64,000 nt of DNA from Thermoplasmata archaeon (GCA_021787125.1 JAJYMI010000076.1:264-64263), one strand, 5' to 3'; counted from the first letter of the stretch, positions 40,046 through 49,311 are shown. Numbers and translations: made by a program. Notes: generated from the letters alone by a model not told the origin.

Positions 40046-40578
40046 CTAGCCGTCTACTATCACCTCCGGGTTTTGCCGGTGGCAAGATCTGAAGACCAAG
40101 TCCCTGTCAAGGAGTTTCCAGGTAAACCAGGCAGTCAGGAACCAGCTTCCGCTGTCCCTTCCGTCGGGAGTCATGAAATTGACTCTCCTGTCTGGGATCA
40201 ATAGAGAAACACCGTGGGAAGCAAACAGGGTCTGTCTCCTTTTTCCCTCCAGTGTCGTCAAAGGGAGCAGAAACGCAAACGGTTTTCCCAGGGAATACGC
40301 TCTCTCCAGAAACTCATCCTTGAGGGAATACGGCGGGTTAGTGATGATGACGTCGAATTCCTCTGGCTGGAATTTCAAGAAGTCATAGCCTTCGTTGATG
40401 TCGCTCGCAACCACCCTGAATCCCTTATCTTCCAGGGCCCTTCTCAGGTATCCTTCCCCGCTCGCCGGTTCCCAGACAGTCCAGTCCTGGTCCAGGTAGG
40501 GAAAGAGGATGGAGAGAGCTGACGGGGGCGTCTGGTAATCGTCAAGTCCTCCCTGTTTCTGGGCCACCAGGGTCTTCA
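40046..40578 (-). CDS. Orphan N6-adenine DNA methyltransferase (phage-type, ~177 aa)
   Basis: YQTPP, VWEPASGEGYL (motif I) and DVIITNPPYS (motif IV). Preferred start is GTG 40578, a GTGA overlap with ORF 40576-40782. The ORF-track extension to 40747 is low-complexity. Confidence 0.75.
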
Positions 40579-40782
40579 CAAAATCACCCCGATGAATTTT
40601 TTCAGCGAGGAGATGATGTTGCTCAGGTTGAATCCGAAGTGGACCAGTATCAGGATGAAGATCAAGACGACAACTAGGGCTGCAACACCGTCCAGGACCG
40701 CCCCTCCGTCCTCCCTGAAACTGGATAGTATTATTTTCCTGGTCCATGGCCCGAATGCCCCCTTCATAGTATTCCTCCCCAA
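40576..40782 (-). CDS. Small membrane protein, 68 aa
   Basis: TM helix VAALVVVLIFILILVHFGF. Overlaps both neighbours. Confidence 0.45.
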   Translation of the reverse strand: MGRNTMKGAFGPWTRKIILSSFREDGGAVLDGVAALVVVLIFILILVHFGFNLSNIISSLKKFIGVIL

Positions 40783-42377
40783 CTTGTCACGGCTGAGAAC
40801 AGCAGAGACCAGTTCACGAATGACAGGATTATGAGCGCGAAGGCTGCAACGTAATGTGTCGGAATGTAGAAACCGCTATTTCCAAGGCCTCTTTCCGCCT
40901 TCCTGACCATCTGTGCTTCTATCCCTGACCTGTGGATTGACCATAGCAGAATGCCAACTCCTGCTACCAGGAACAGTGCATTGATCGGTGAAATGAAGGG
41001 CTCGACAAACCAGGAGACCTTGTCTTGAAACAGGTTCCCTCCCGTGCCGTTCTGATAGATGTTGGATTTCACGACCGAGGAAGCGTAGCTGTTGTTCCAC
41101 AGGTTGTAGGAGTTATGGCTTATTACCTCGACGTTCAGTTCTCCGTAGAATATATTTGAAAATGAGGGGAGCGAAAGATTTGTTCCCCTCGTCACGTTGT
41201 AGGGGGCAAAGTAATACAGCACGTTTTCATAGGAGGGATTGGGAACCGTATAGGGGTCGTTGCCGTACCATACGGATATCTCAAGGTCAATCCATGAACT
41301 CTTGTTGTCCCTGGCAGTTATCGATATTTCCTCGTTTCCCCCCTGGGATGAGGGTTTGATGTAAATGTTGATAATCGGAAGCTTGTCCCCCGAAGTAACC
41401 GAGGTTGCGTTATTGTAGACAATGAAGCTGGTGCCGTAGTCAGTAATGCCTTCGTGGAACCTCCATCCGTAAACTCCGGATGGTGATGATGCAGAGAAAT
41501 TGTATTCAAGGCCGGCTGTACCTCCGGTCTCCTTGTAAGAGAAATTATAGTACGACAAGATCTGGACGTTGCTCGACGCGTTATCCGAAGGGTTGTTGTT
41601 AAGGTAATGGACAAACGAAGCGTTCCATTCTCCTGCGCTGAAGGACCAGTTCAGGAATGCGTGTGTGTCAACACCCAGGGAATCTACCACAGAAGTTGGT
41701 TTTCCCGAGACATGAGAATTGAGAGCACCGAATTCCCCCTCTCCCAGGTAGATGGATTCATACCCCTCGAACTGGCCTATCATATTGTATTCCGCCGTCT
41801 GGAATACTATGTAGAAGGGCCCCGAATTTGCTGAAGTTGGAATGAAGACGGGTACAGTATAGCTCTTTATGCTGGTAGAGGTGGATACATTCTGCTCCAG
41901 GGTCGTGCCGTTCTGGACGTAGAATATTCTAATGGGATGTCCTGACAGGTAGCTTATCGCGCCCGAACCAATCCCGGTGCCCAGAGAAGTGCCCGAGGGA
42001 GCTCCCAGTCTTGTTGCGCCATCTCCGGGAATTGGAAGCAACCATGCCAGTCCGGGATAGCTCTCAACGGCGGACCAGTTGATGGAGAACTGGACAGTTA
42101 TTCCCTGTACCACCTCCTGCCCGTTCTGGTAGAAATCTCCGTACAGGAACTGGTATGGATAATCCACTGCCCCAACCTGGTATGCCTGGTTTATTCCCCA
42201 GGACGCGGAAAACCATTTGCCTATTCCAGAAGGAGATCCTCCCCAGCTTGTTGCCTGGGGATCGGGCTCGAATGTGCCCATCTCAATGCTCGGAGGAGCG
42301 AAAGCGAGAGCAGTCAAGGGCATTGCCGAAAGTGCAATCACAACGGCAAGAATTATTGGCACAAGCTTTGCCTTCAC
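40764..42377 (-). CDS. Secreted protein, ~537 aa, C-terminal TM anchors
   Basis: Preferred start is GTG 42377 (GGAGGA upstream, GTGA overlap with the upstream stop), giving signal peptide VKAKLVPIILAVVIALSAMPLTALAFA. The ORF-track extension to 42719 overlaps the upstream gene and reads as Arg/His-rich nonsense. Confidence 0.65.
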   Translation of the reverse strand: MKAKLVPIILAVVIALSAMPLTALAFAPPSIEMGTFEPDPQATSWGGSPSGIGKWFSASWGINQAYQVGAVDYPYQFLYGDFYQNGQEVVQGITVQFSINWSAVESYPGLAWLLPIPGDGATRLGAPSGTSLGTGIGSGAISYLSGHPIRIFYVQNGTTLEQNVSTSTSIKSYTVPVFIPTSANSGPFYIVFQTAEYNMIGQFEGYESIYLGEGEFGALNSHVSGKPTSVVDSLGVDTHAFLNWSFSAGEWNASFVHYLNNNPSDNASSNVQILSYYNFSYKETGGTAGLEYNFSASSPSGVYGWRFHEGITDYGTSFIVYNNATSVTSGDKLPIINIYIKPSSQGGNEEISITARDNKSSWIDLEISVWYGNDPYTVPNPSYENVLYYFAPYNVTRGTNLSLPSFSNIFYGELNVEVISHNSYNLWNNSYASSVVKSNIYQNGTGGNLFQDKVSWFVEPFISPINALFLVAGVGILLWSIHRSGIEAQMVRKAERGLGNSGFYIPTHYVAAFALIILSFVNWSLLFSAVTSWGGIL

Positions 42378-44611
42378 TGCTTCCTCCTCCCCCTGTTTTC
42401 CGGGTTTACGAAATAGGAGAGTGCCCATCCCGCAAGGAGGAATATCATGGAGATGAGAACGAATAGGGGCCAGTTCTGCTGGACGTAGGTTACCACCGTA
42501 TTGTTGTTGTATATTGTCGTGCCTGTTCCGGTGGTTATATTCTCGAACGGCACCGATATGGTGACGTTCCTGCCGTTGACCGTCAGGGTCCCGGAGGACA
42601 GGCCTGTGTAATATCCTGCGGACTCTATGGTGAAGAAGGACGTGCAGTTTGCGAAATGGAAACTTACGCTCCGGGAAGTGGAGTTTACTGCAAGCTCTCC
42701 GCTGATGTTGACCCACCACTTTGCTCCATCCGGAAGTCCATTTTCAGTGAATGTTACAAGATAGGTGACCAGTGAATATGGCACATCCTCTGATACGGGT
42801 GAACCATCCACCTTGAAGGAACCTGAACTTGCAGGGGTGGAATAAAGCTTGTTGGGAGTGGAGATGGATATTGAGTAAGTGCCGTTTGGCAGGGACAAGG
42901 CGATCACCGAAGAACTGGATGACGCCGGTGTCTGTCCGGACACGTTTACGTACCATCTAGTCCCCCCGGGTAACCCCGACTCGGTAAACGTGACCGGGTA
43001 GGTAATCTCCGAGAAACTGACCGATTGCGAGGTTGCAATGCCCCTGATCATAAAAGATCCTGAATCGTTTGAGGGCCTGTCCACCTTATAGTTGGTCGCT
43101 ATCGAATAGGCATATGTGCCGTTTGGCTCAGAGAAAGTCAATGAGTTTACCTCATAGGGTTCATGGAACGACTGCCCGGTTGTGGAGACATTCACGAACC
43201 AGTCGCCGGACGAGAGCCCCGATTCGTTGAATGTCACGGAATAGGTGACCTCGGAAAAGGTGACGGAGTCTGAGTACGGTGAGCCATTCACGGTGAATGA
43301 TCCTGAAGAAGTGGACGGGCTGTACTCCTTGTTTCCTGTAGCAATCGAATACGAGTAACTTGAATTTGGAAACTGGGATGATATGGTCGATGTTGCTGAA
43401 GACAAAGAGCTCTGACCGGAGACGTTCAAATACCATTCTGTTCCAGAAGGCAGCCCCGATTCCGTGAACGTGACCGAGTATGTCACCAGCGAGAATGAGA
43501 TCGATTCCGGAACGGATGAACCGCTGACTGTCAGGGTGCCGGACGAGGGAGAAGGAGAATATTGTTTGTCGACAGTCTGGACTGAATAGGGATATGACCC
43601 ATTCTGTAGTGGTACTGTGTAGGACGGGGAAGTCAGGGCTCCCGATGAAGGCTGGCCTGTGATGTTGACATACCATTTCGTTCCTGTGGGAAGGCCTGAC
43701 TCAGTAAACGTGGCAGAATAAGTCGGGATGGAGACAACTACACTGTAATGGATTGTGTAAGAGGCAACGTTGTTGTTTGCAAAATCAGCATCGAACGTTA
43801 TGGACGAAACGGTTGACGACCCGGTAAATACCCCGGACGTCTGCACGTTCTGGCTGAGAGAGTTGTAGGATGCATTTGTTGTCTTCTGTGCCGTCCAGTT
43901 AAGGGTGAACCCGCTCGAACCTGATACCGATGGAATGGTAAACGATGACGAAACGGATTTGTAATTGTAGGTCCAGCCCCAGTCGAGACCCTGCACCGAA
44001 TGTATTGCCGGCTGAGATGCCACCTCAGTGATGGTGTCCGTATATGCTACAGTGGTGCCTGCATAATTCCCGTTTATCGTGTAGAAATAATATCCAGATA
44101 GGGGAGAACAGGTTATGTTCAGAAGCGTCACAACGGATCCGGAGGGAACGTTCCAAAAGGGATCGAACAGGACGTAGGAACTGCTGGAGGTCTCGTAATT
44201 GATAGTGGCGGACCAGGAGTAAATGACCCCGTTTGCAGTAATGTTGGCCCAGACGGTGCCAATGTTGTAGTTCCCTCCTCCCTCGCTCTCTATAGGTATG
44301 AACAGTTCCCCGGAGCTATGGAAGTTCACTGTTCCGTTGTAGGTATACTCCGGGAAACCGACAGCCCCTCCCAGTGACAGGGGATAGCTCAGCCTGTAAT
44401 ATTCCGAACCGGAGGTATCCCATGATTTGGCTTGTGCTCCGGAAATGGTCTGATTCCACGACGAAGATGTGGAATTGTTTGTTGCCCACATTTTCAACGT
44501 TACAGTCTGTGGAACCGGCCATGCCGTGGCATCGACCGTCGGCGGTATCAACGAGATGGAGGACACAAGGAGCAGAGCAACGAGTATGATGGCTTTGTCC
44601 TTTGATTTCAT
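42374..44611 (-). CDS. Secreted surface protein, ~745 aa, five tandem ~80-aa FTESGLPxGTxW repeats, C-terminal TM
   Basis: Preferred start is ATG 44611 (GGAGGA upstream, ATGA overlap with ORF 44608-45123), giving MKSKDKAIILVALLLVSSISLIPPTVDA. Repeats begin YSATFTESGLPTGTKWYV, YSVTFTESGLPSGTEWYL, YSVTFNESGLSSGDWFV, YPVTFTESGLPGGTRWYV and YLVTFTENGLPDGAKWWV. Confidence 0.7.
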   Translation of the reverse strand: MKSKDKAIILVALLLVSSISLIPPTVDATAWPVPQTVTLKMWATNNSTSSSWNQTISGAQAKSWDTSGSEYYRLSYPLSLGGAVGFPEYTYNGTVNFHSSGELFIPIESEGGGNYNIGTVWANITANGVIYSWSATINYETSSSSYVLFDPFWNVPSGSVVTLLNITCSPLSGYYFYTINGNYAGTTVAYTDTITEVASQPAIHSVQGLDWGWTYNYKSVSSSFTIPSVSGSSGFTLNWTAQKTTNASYNSLSQNVQTSGVFTGSSTVSSITFDADFANNNVASYTIHYSVVVSIPTYSATFTESGLPTGTKWYVNITGQPSSGALTSPSYTVPLQNGSYPYSVQTVDKQYSPSPSSGTLTVSGSSVPESISFSLVTYSVTFTESGLPSGTEWYLNVSGQSSLSSATSTISSQFPNSSYSYSIATGNKEYSPSTSSGSFTVNGSPYSDSVTFSEVTYSVTFNESGLSSGDWFVNVSTTGQSFHEPYEVNSLTFSEPNGTYAYSIATNYKVDRPSNDSGSFMIRGIATSQSVSFSEITYPVTFTESGLPGGTRWYVNVSGQTPASSSSSVIALSLPNGTYSISISTPNKLYSTPASSGSFKVDGSPVSEDVPYSLVTYLVTFTENGLPDGAKWWVNISGELAVNSTSRSVSFHFANCTSFFTIESAGYYTGLSSGTLTVNGRNVTISVPFENITTGTGTTIYNNNTVVTYVQQNWPLFVLISMIFLLAGWALSYFVNPENRGRRKQ

Positions 44612-45123
44612 ACCCACTTTCCATCCTCCTTCAGGCTGATGTGGTATCCTGCAGAATATGTGACCGCGAATGCAAATATCAAAAACAAAGCAACGTACCA
44701 GGCCCATGCCCCAATCGGGGAAATCTTGGCAGCCTGGAAACCATCCGATCCCGAAAGGAAAGGAGCACCATCTATCAAATTCCTGAATCCAAGCACTGTT
44801 GCTGCTATGTTGGTATAGAGCGGCTCTGGGTAGAAGAGCAGGATCAATATGGATACCGAGACGAAAAGAGTACCCGAGCTGAGGACAAAGAACATCTGCC
44901 AAGGCACGAGGCTTCCCGTGATGTTGGTGGCTCCCCAGAACCATGAAATGGTGGAATGAATTACTGTTCCTCCGAAAATTGCGGTTGAAACGATTATTCC
45001 TATCTCGTGGATCGCACTGGTGACTATGGTAAAAGTCAGGAACGCCAGAACTGCAATCAGCAGCATTTCCAAAAGGGGCATATCGCCCAGATTCTGGCGG
45101 GACCTGAGCTCGGATGATCTCAT
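44608..45123 (-). CDS. Polytopic membrane protein, 171 aa
   Basis: ORF track alternative frame with four or five clear hydrophobic helices. ATGA overlaps at both ends support this frame over the 934-aa extension. Confidence 0.6.
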   Translation of the reverse strand: MRSSELRSRQNLGDMPLLEMLLIAVLAFLTFTIVTSAIHEIGIIVSTAIFGGTVIHSTISWFWGATNITGSLVPWQMFFVLSSGTLFVSVSILILLFYPEPLYTNIAATVLGFRNLIDGAPFLSGSDGFQAAKISPIGAWAWYVALFLIFAFAVTYSAGYHISLKEDGKWV

Positions 45124-47816
45124 TTCTTGTGCCCCCTTTGAACTTTGTTAGACTTTGAAATTCCGCTCTGCCAAGCAATAGCAGCGCCGATGATTATTAC
45201 CACACCCAATCCGCCGATCAAGAATCCATTGTAACCCTGCTTGAACCAGTTGGTGACGACCTCCCATCCGCTGCTGTTCGTATTGTTGACAATCTTTGGC
45301 ACCTGGTAGGTGAAGTTGGAGGAGAACAATGGCTCCAGGGCGTTCCTTGATTTGTTATACGTGCCTACCTGGAGCGTGTAAGAGCCCTTGTTGAGATTTC
45401 CTATCAGGAAGGTAAAGTAGTCCCTCGTTGCTCCTTTAGATGAATAAGGTGTACCAGTGACATAGCCTATCTCAATAAGCTGGCCATTGTTGTTATTGGC
45501 CGAGCTAACCTGGATGACATTGACTGGAGAGTACGAAATGTTACTATTGTCCACAACCGAGACGTTGAAGGAGACGTTGTAGTTGCCGTTCAGTTCCTTC
45601 AGGTAGGAGTAGGAATACTTCAGGGTGATCTTGCTAGGACCGTTCAATGTATACTGTGCGCTGAACGATGACTGGACCGTACCCCCGTAGACTACTGAGA
45701 ATTTGAAGGTGTACTGGGCCGAAGAAAAATCGTTGATGTTCAGCGGGTACGAAAGCACCTGGGACCCGTTCGTCAAAGTGGTTGAGTTCATGGAGATTTG
45801 TGTGGACTCTCCGAACGCGCTTGAATAGGTAAGCTGGCCTGAGTATGTCACGTTTCCCTTAAGGAACAGCCTGATGGACACGCTCGAGGATATCACCGAT
45901 CCAGTTGGCGGACTTATGGAGTAATAAGAAGGAACGTAGGAAAAAGTTCCATTGACGCTTCCAAGCTTGACTGCAACGGTGGTGTTGTAAAACTGGGACT
46001 GCAGGTCATCGCCAAATAACCTGAATGAGAGGGAGTACGTCATGTTACTCTTCGGAACCTGGAGACTGAAATTCCAGACAACCGGGCTGAAGGAAAAGGT
46101 GTTGGAATATCCAGGGAAGGATGCAATAATGTTCAGCATACTCCAGTCTGAGGGAGGGTACCCCGAGGGTGGGGATACAGATCCGTTTATGTAGAAATTC
46201 TGGGAGGAGGAAATAACAACGAATGGAGGGCCGGCGATTTTCAAACTGGAGACGAAGGATATGGACTGGTATATTGTGGAGGGTGAGGAAGAATTTACCA
46301 GCAGTGCTCCGTTGACTGCAGAATACCCGGATGCAGTTGCTACAAACGGATACGTACCTGCAGTGATGGAGCCAAAGGTTATCGACTCACCGGTTGAAGT
46401 TTGATTTTGACCAGAAAATGATACGCCCCATAAAGTTCCGGAGGCTAGGCCTGATTCCGTGAATACTACACTGTAAGTCTTTGTTGTGAATGATATAGCG
46501 ACTGCCTGGTTTCCTCCGTCGACCGTAACCTTTCCGTTGTTCGGAGAAGATACGTACGTCAAACCACTGTATTGGATATTTGCAATGGTGAAATAGTAGG
46601 TGCCGTTTGGTTCCGTGAATTGAACGGAAGGATTTCCCGAGGCAACGGCTCCTATAGATACCGTGAAGGTGATCCCCGAGGGCAGTCCCGTTTCGCCGAA
46701 TGTGATTGTATAATCCTTGGTGGGTGTGATGAATTGAATGTCTTGGGTTACTGCCGCTGAGCCAACCGTCAAGGATCCCGAAGGAGGTGATACGGAGTAA
46801 GGTGATGGAACGTAGATTGAATAGGAGTACGTTCCCGCAGTTTCGCTGAAAACTATGTCGGGATCCTGGCCGTTGAGATTTGTGTTATACTGCCACAGGC
46901 CATTGAGGCCCACTCCCCAAGTGACTCCTGAAGGGATTCCCTGAGGTACAAAGGTTACCGCGTAGCTGGAAGAAGTGGAGGAAGGGAAAAGGACGTTGAT
47001 GGTGACGTTACCGGAAAGGCTCAGGATTCCCTCACTGGGTGAAGCGGTCAGTCCCGATGAGTCTGTTATCCAGTAGTAGATCACGTTTCCCAATGCGGCT
47101 GACAGATTGATGTACGAATTTGTAGACGAAAGGGTGGAGTTAGCTCCAGTATAGCCGTTCAATACCGTGTGGTAAACGACCGACCATGAGCTGGCAGAAG
47201 GCAATCCGCTCTCAACAAAGTGAATTGTGCCGTCAGAGGGAGGAGTGCTAGCCCCTTCCTCAAGCACATAGATGGTAGCCTGGAGGGATGAGGAGGTAAC
47301 GTTCTGCGTTGCGGTGAATACGGTTCCGGCGTACTGGTTGTTCGTGGACAGTGCGTAAACGTAGTTGTTGGATGATTCGGCGAGAACTCCGTTGGAAGTA
47401 GTAGCTATCGAGGTGCTGGGAGATGTTGAGGTGAGGGAATAGAAAAGGTACATTATGTATTCGGACTGACCAGAGAACGAGAAGTTGAATGAGTCCTTGA
47501 CGTAGTATCCCGTGCCTTTGGCGGTGCTCAGGGTCTGCCCGGCTGTAGACGTTATCTCTATCTCGCTGATTGACGTCGAGGGAGCCGTGAGGTTTGCAGT
47601 ATATTGTATGAGTCCGTTTCCGGCAGGGATGTAGGCATCTCCCGAATACCCAGTTGAGAAGAGTTTTGAATAAGTGAAGACGTTGCCCTGTTCGATGTCC
47701 AGTGCCTGGCCCGATTGAGAGGAGGCAGATGCATTGGCAGCCAGTGTAAGGCCCATCAGCGAAGTGAAGATAAGCAGAATAGAAATGAGCAGGGGGAGGA
47801 ATTTTCTCATTCTCAA
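45120..47816 (-). CDS. Secreted surface protein, 898 aa, thermopsin-type repeats, C-terminal TM
   Basis: Signal peptide MRMRKFLPLLISILLIFTSLMGLTLAANASA. Repeats FVESGLPSASSW, FGETGLPSGITF and FTESGLASGTLW. C-terminal TM GFLIGGLGVVIIIGAAIAW. Confidence 0.7.
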   Translation of the reverse strand: MRMRKFLPLLISILLIFTSLMGLTLAANASASSQSGQALDIEQGNVFTYSKLFSTGYSGDAYIPAGNGLIQYTANLTAPSTSISEIEITSTAGQTLSTAKGTGYYVKDSFNFSFSGQSEYIMYLFYSLTSTSPSTSIATTSNGVLAESSNNYVYALSTNNQYAGTVFTATQNVTSSSLQATIYVLEEGASTPPSDGTIHFVESGLPSASSWSVVYHTVLNGYTGANSTLSSTNSYINLSAALGNVIYYWITDSSGLTASPSEGILSLSGNVTINVLFPSSTSSSYAVTFVPQGIPSGVTWGVGLNGLWQYNTNLNGQDPDIVFSETAGTYSYSIYVPSPYSVSPPSGSLTVGSAAVTQDIQFITPTKDYTITFGETGLPSGITFTVSIGAVASGNPSVQFTEPNGTYYFTIANIQYSGLTYVSSPNNGKVTVDGGNQAVAISFTTKTYSVVFTESGLASGTLWGVSFSGQNQTSTGESITFGSITAGTYPFVATASGYSAVNGALLVNSSSPSTIYQSISFVSSLKIAGPPFVVISSSQNFYINGSVSPPSGYPPSDWSMLNIIASFPGYSNTFSFSPVVWNFSLQVPKSNMTYSLSFRLFGDDLQSQFYNTTVAVKLGSVNGTFSYVPSYYSISPPTGSVISSSVSIRLFLKGNVTYSGQLTYSSAFGESTQISMNSTTLTNGSQVLSYPLNINDFSSAQYTFKFSVVYGGTVQSSFSAQYTLNGPSKITLKYSYSYLKELNGNYNVSFNVSVVDNSNISYSPVNVIQVSSANNNNGQLIEIGYVTGTPYSSKGATRDYFTFLIGNLNKGSYTLQVGTYNKSRNALEPLFSSNFTYQVPKIVNNTNSSGWEVVTNWFKQGYNGFLIGGLGVVIIIGAAIAWQSGISKSNKVQRGHKK

Positions 47817-47821
47817 TCCCC

Positions 47822-49306
47822 CTACTTATAGTGTCCTTTTGGTTTCTTTACTGATTTTTTGTCCTCCGCCTCGTAAAGTAGAATCCCAATCAGGACAGCT
47901 ATTACGATACCTGCAACAATGTAGTATCCATAAGCATGAATGAATGAAGTAATGGCCGGAGGAATTACAATCCCTCCCGATCCATTACCCGTAGTTGATT
48001 TCACGGTTGAAGCATAGACAATGGTTTCGACCACTGATGAGTAACCAAGGTTGACTGTGCCGGAAGACGGAGACGCCTTGTATCCAGATTCCGTTGCAAC
48101 TGTGTAACTGAAGCTCCCGTTGTGTGCAGTGATCACCACCGATCCGTTCGTCGTTTGGTATATCTGATTGTTGACAGTTATGGTCCAGAGGGTATTGGAA
48201 GGAAGACCTGTTTCCTTGAAGGTAACCATGTAGAATACTTCCGTGAATCCGATGCTCAGTGAGACAGAATTGCCCGAGACGTTAAGATAGCCTGAGGAAG
48301 GGGTTGCGATCCAGTTTTGAGCAACGGACACGGAGAATTTGTAAGACCCATTGGCAATGAAGAATGTAATTGTATTCGAAGTCGATGAGTTCGAAGTTCC
48401 ATTGTAAGCGACGGACCACTGAACGTACTTTGCAAGATTGGTGGAAGTGAAACTCACGAGATAGCCATACTTGAACGTGATGTTTTGAGTGATAGCCTTT
48501 CCGCTGACAACTATCGTGCCTGACGAAGGGGTTCCGTACCATTGTCCTGCGTCAGGAATCTTGAAGAAATAAGTTCCGTTCGTAAGGGGATACGATGCCG
48601 AAGCAGAGTTGTAAGTGGAAGCAACCCCGTTTAGCATGATGCTCCAAACGGTTCCCCCTGGCAGGTTTAGTTCATTAAACGTTACAGCGAAAGTTTTCCC
48701 TGTGGATGAGTACGTCAATGGGACAGTGACATTGCCACCGCTTATCACAATTGAACCAGACAATGGAGTGACTGAATATCCCGATATCCCAATTATGCTG
48801 TATGAGTAGGTCCCGTTCAGCTCATTGACGTCCAGGTATGATCCCGTTGAAGAGTATTCTGTTGAGCCTACCAGAACGCTCCAAGTTGTACCAGATGCGA
48901 GCCCAGTTTCCGTGAAGTTAAGAAGGAACTCCTCGTTGAATACCAACGAAGTTGGGTCCGTATAAGCCTCAGATATACCAATTATCTTTGACGACGGAGG
49001 AACCCAGACGAGGGCAGAATACTTGGCTCCAGATCCCTCAACTGCAGACGCATTGAGAACGTAGGTACCGTTGTAGAGACCAGAGACAACTATGTTTGTC
49101 CCAGCCGTAGCATGCCCTATTGCCGTTCTCGATGAATTCGCTAATCCAACGTAAGCAGTTGCTCCAGTTGGCAAACCTGTAGTAGAGAATGTTCCTGTAA
49201 AAGGTGGGGCCGCTGCATATGCTGATGTAACAAATACGCTTCCCAGCATTACCGATACAATCAGCAATGCTAGGACCAATTTTCCATTTTTTCCAATTTT
49301 TGGCAT
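47822..49306 (-). CDS. Secreted surface protein, 494 aa, thermopsin-type repeats, C-terminal TM
   Basis: Signal peptide KLVLALLIVSVMLGSVFVTSAYAAAPP. Repeats FTETGLASGTTW, FNELNLPGGTVW and FKETGLPSNTLW. C-terminal TM YYIVAGIVIAVLIGILLY. Confidence 0.7.
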   Translation of the reverse strand: MPKIGKNGKLVLALLIVSVMLGSVFVTSAYAAAPPFTGTFSTTGLPTGATAYVGLANSSRTAIGHATAGTNIVVSGLYNGTYVLNASAVEGSGAKYSALVWVPPSSKIIGISEAYTDPTSLVFNEEFLLNFTETGLASGTTWSVLVGSTEYSSTGSYLDVNELNGTYSYSIIGISGYSVTPLSGSIVISGGNVTVPLTYSSTGKTFAVTFNELNLPGGTVWSIMLNGVASTYNSASASYPLTNGTYFFKIPDAGQWYGTPSSGTIVVSGKAITQNITFKYGYLVSFTSTNLAKYVQWSVAYNGTSNSSTSNTITFFIANGSYKFSVSVAQNWIATPSSGYLNVSGNSVSLSIGFTEVFYMVTFKETGLPSNTLWTITVNNQIYQTTNGSVVITAHNGSFSYTVATESGYKASPSSGTVNLGYSSVVETIVYASTVKSTTGNGSGGIVIPPAITSFIHAYGYYIVAGIVIAVLIGILLYEAEDKKSVKKPKGHYK

Positions 49307-49311
49307 TCGAA

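Larger units (their letters stand above)
28142..49306. mobile_element. Putative integrated virus-like / plasmid-like element (integrase, defence cargo, 17-gene structural-type module); borders not defined
   Basis: Supported by the integrase at 28142, an orphan methylase, a P-loop ATPase, many orphan small genes and near-continuous start/stop overlaps from 32628 to 49306. No att repeats were found by eye. Confidence 0.4.
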
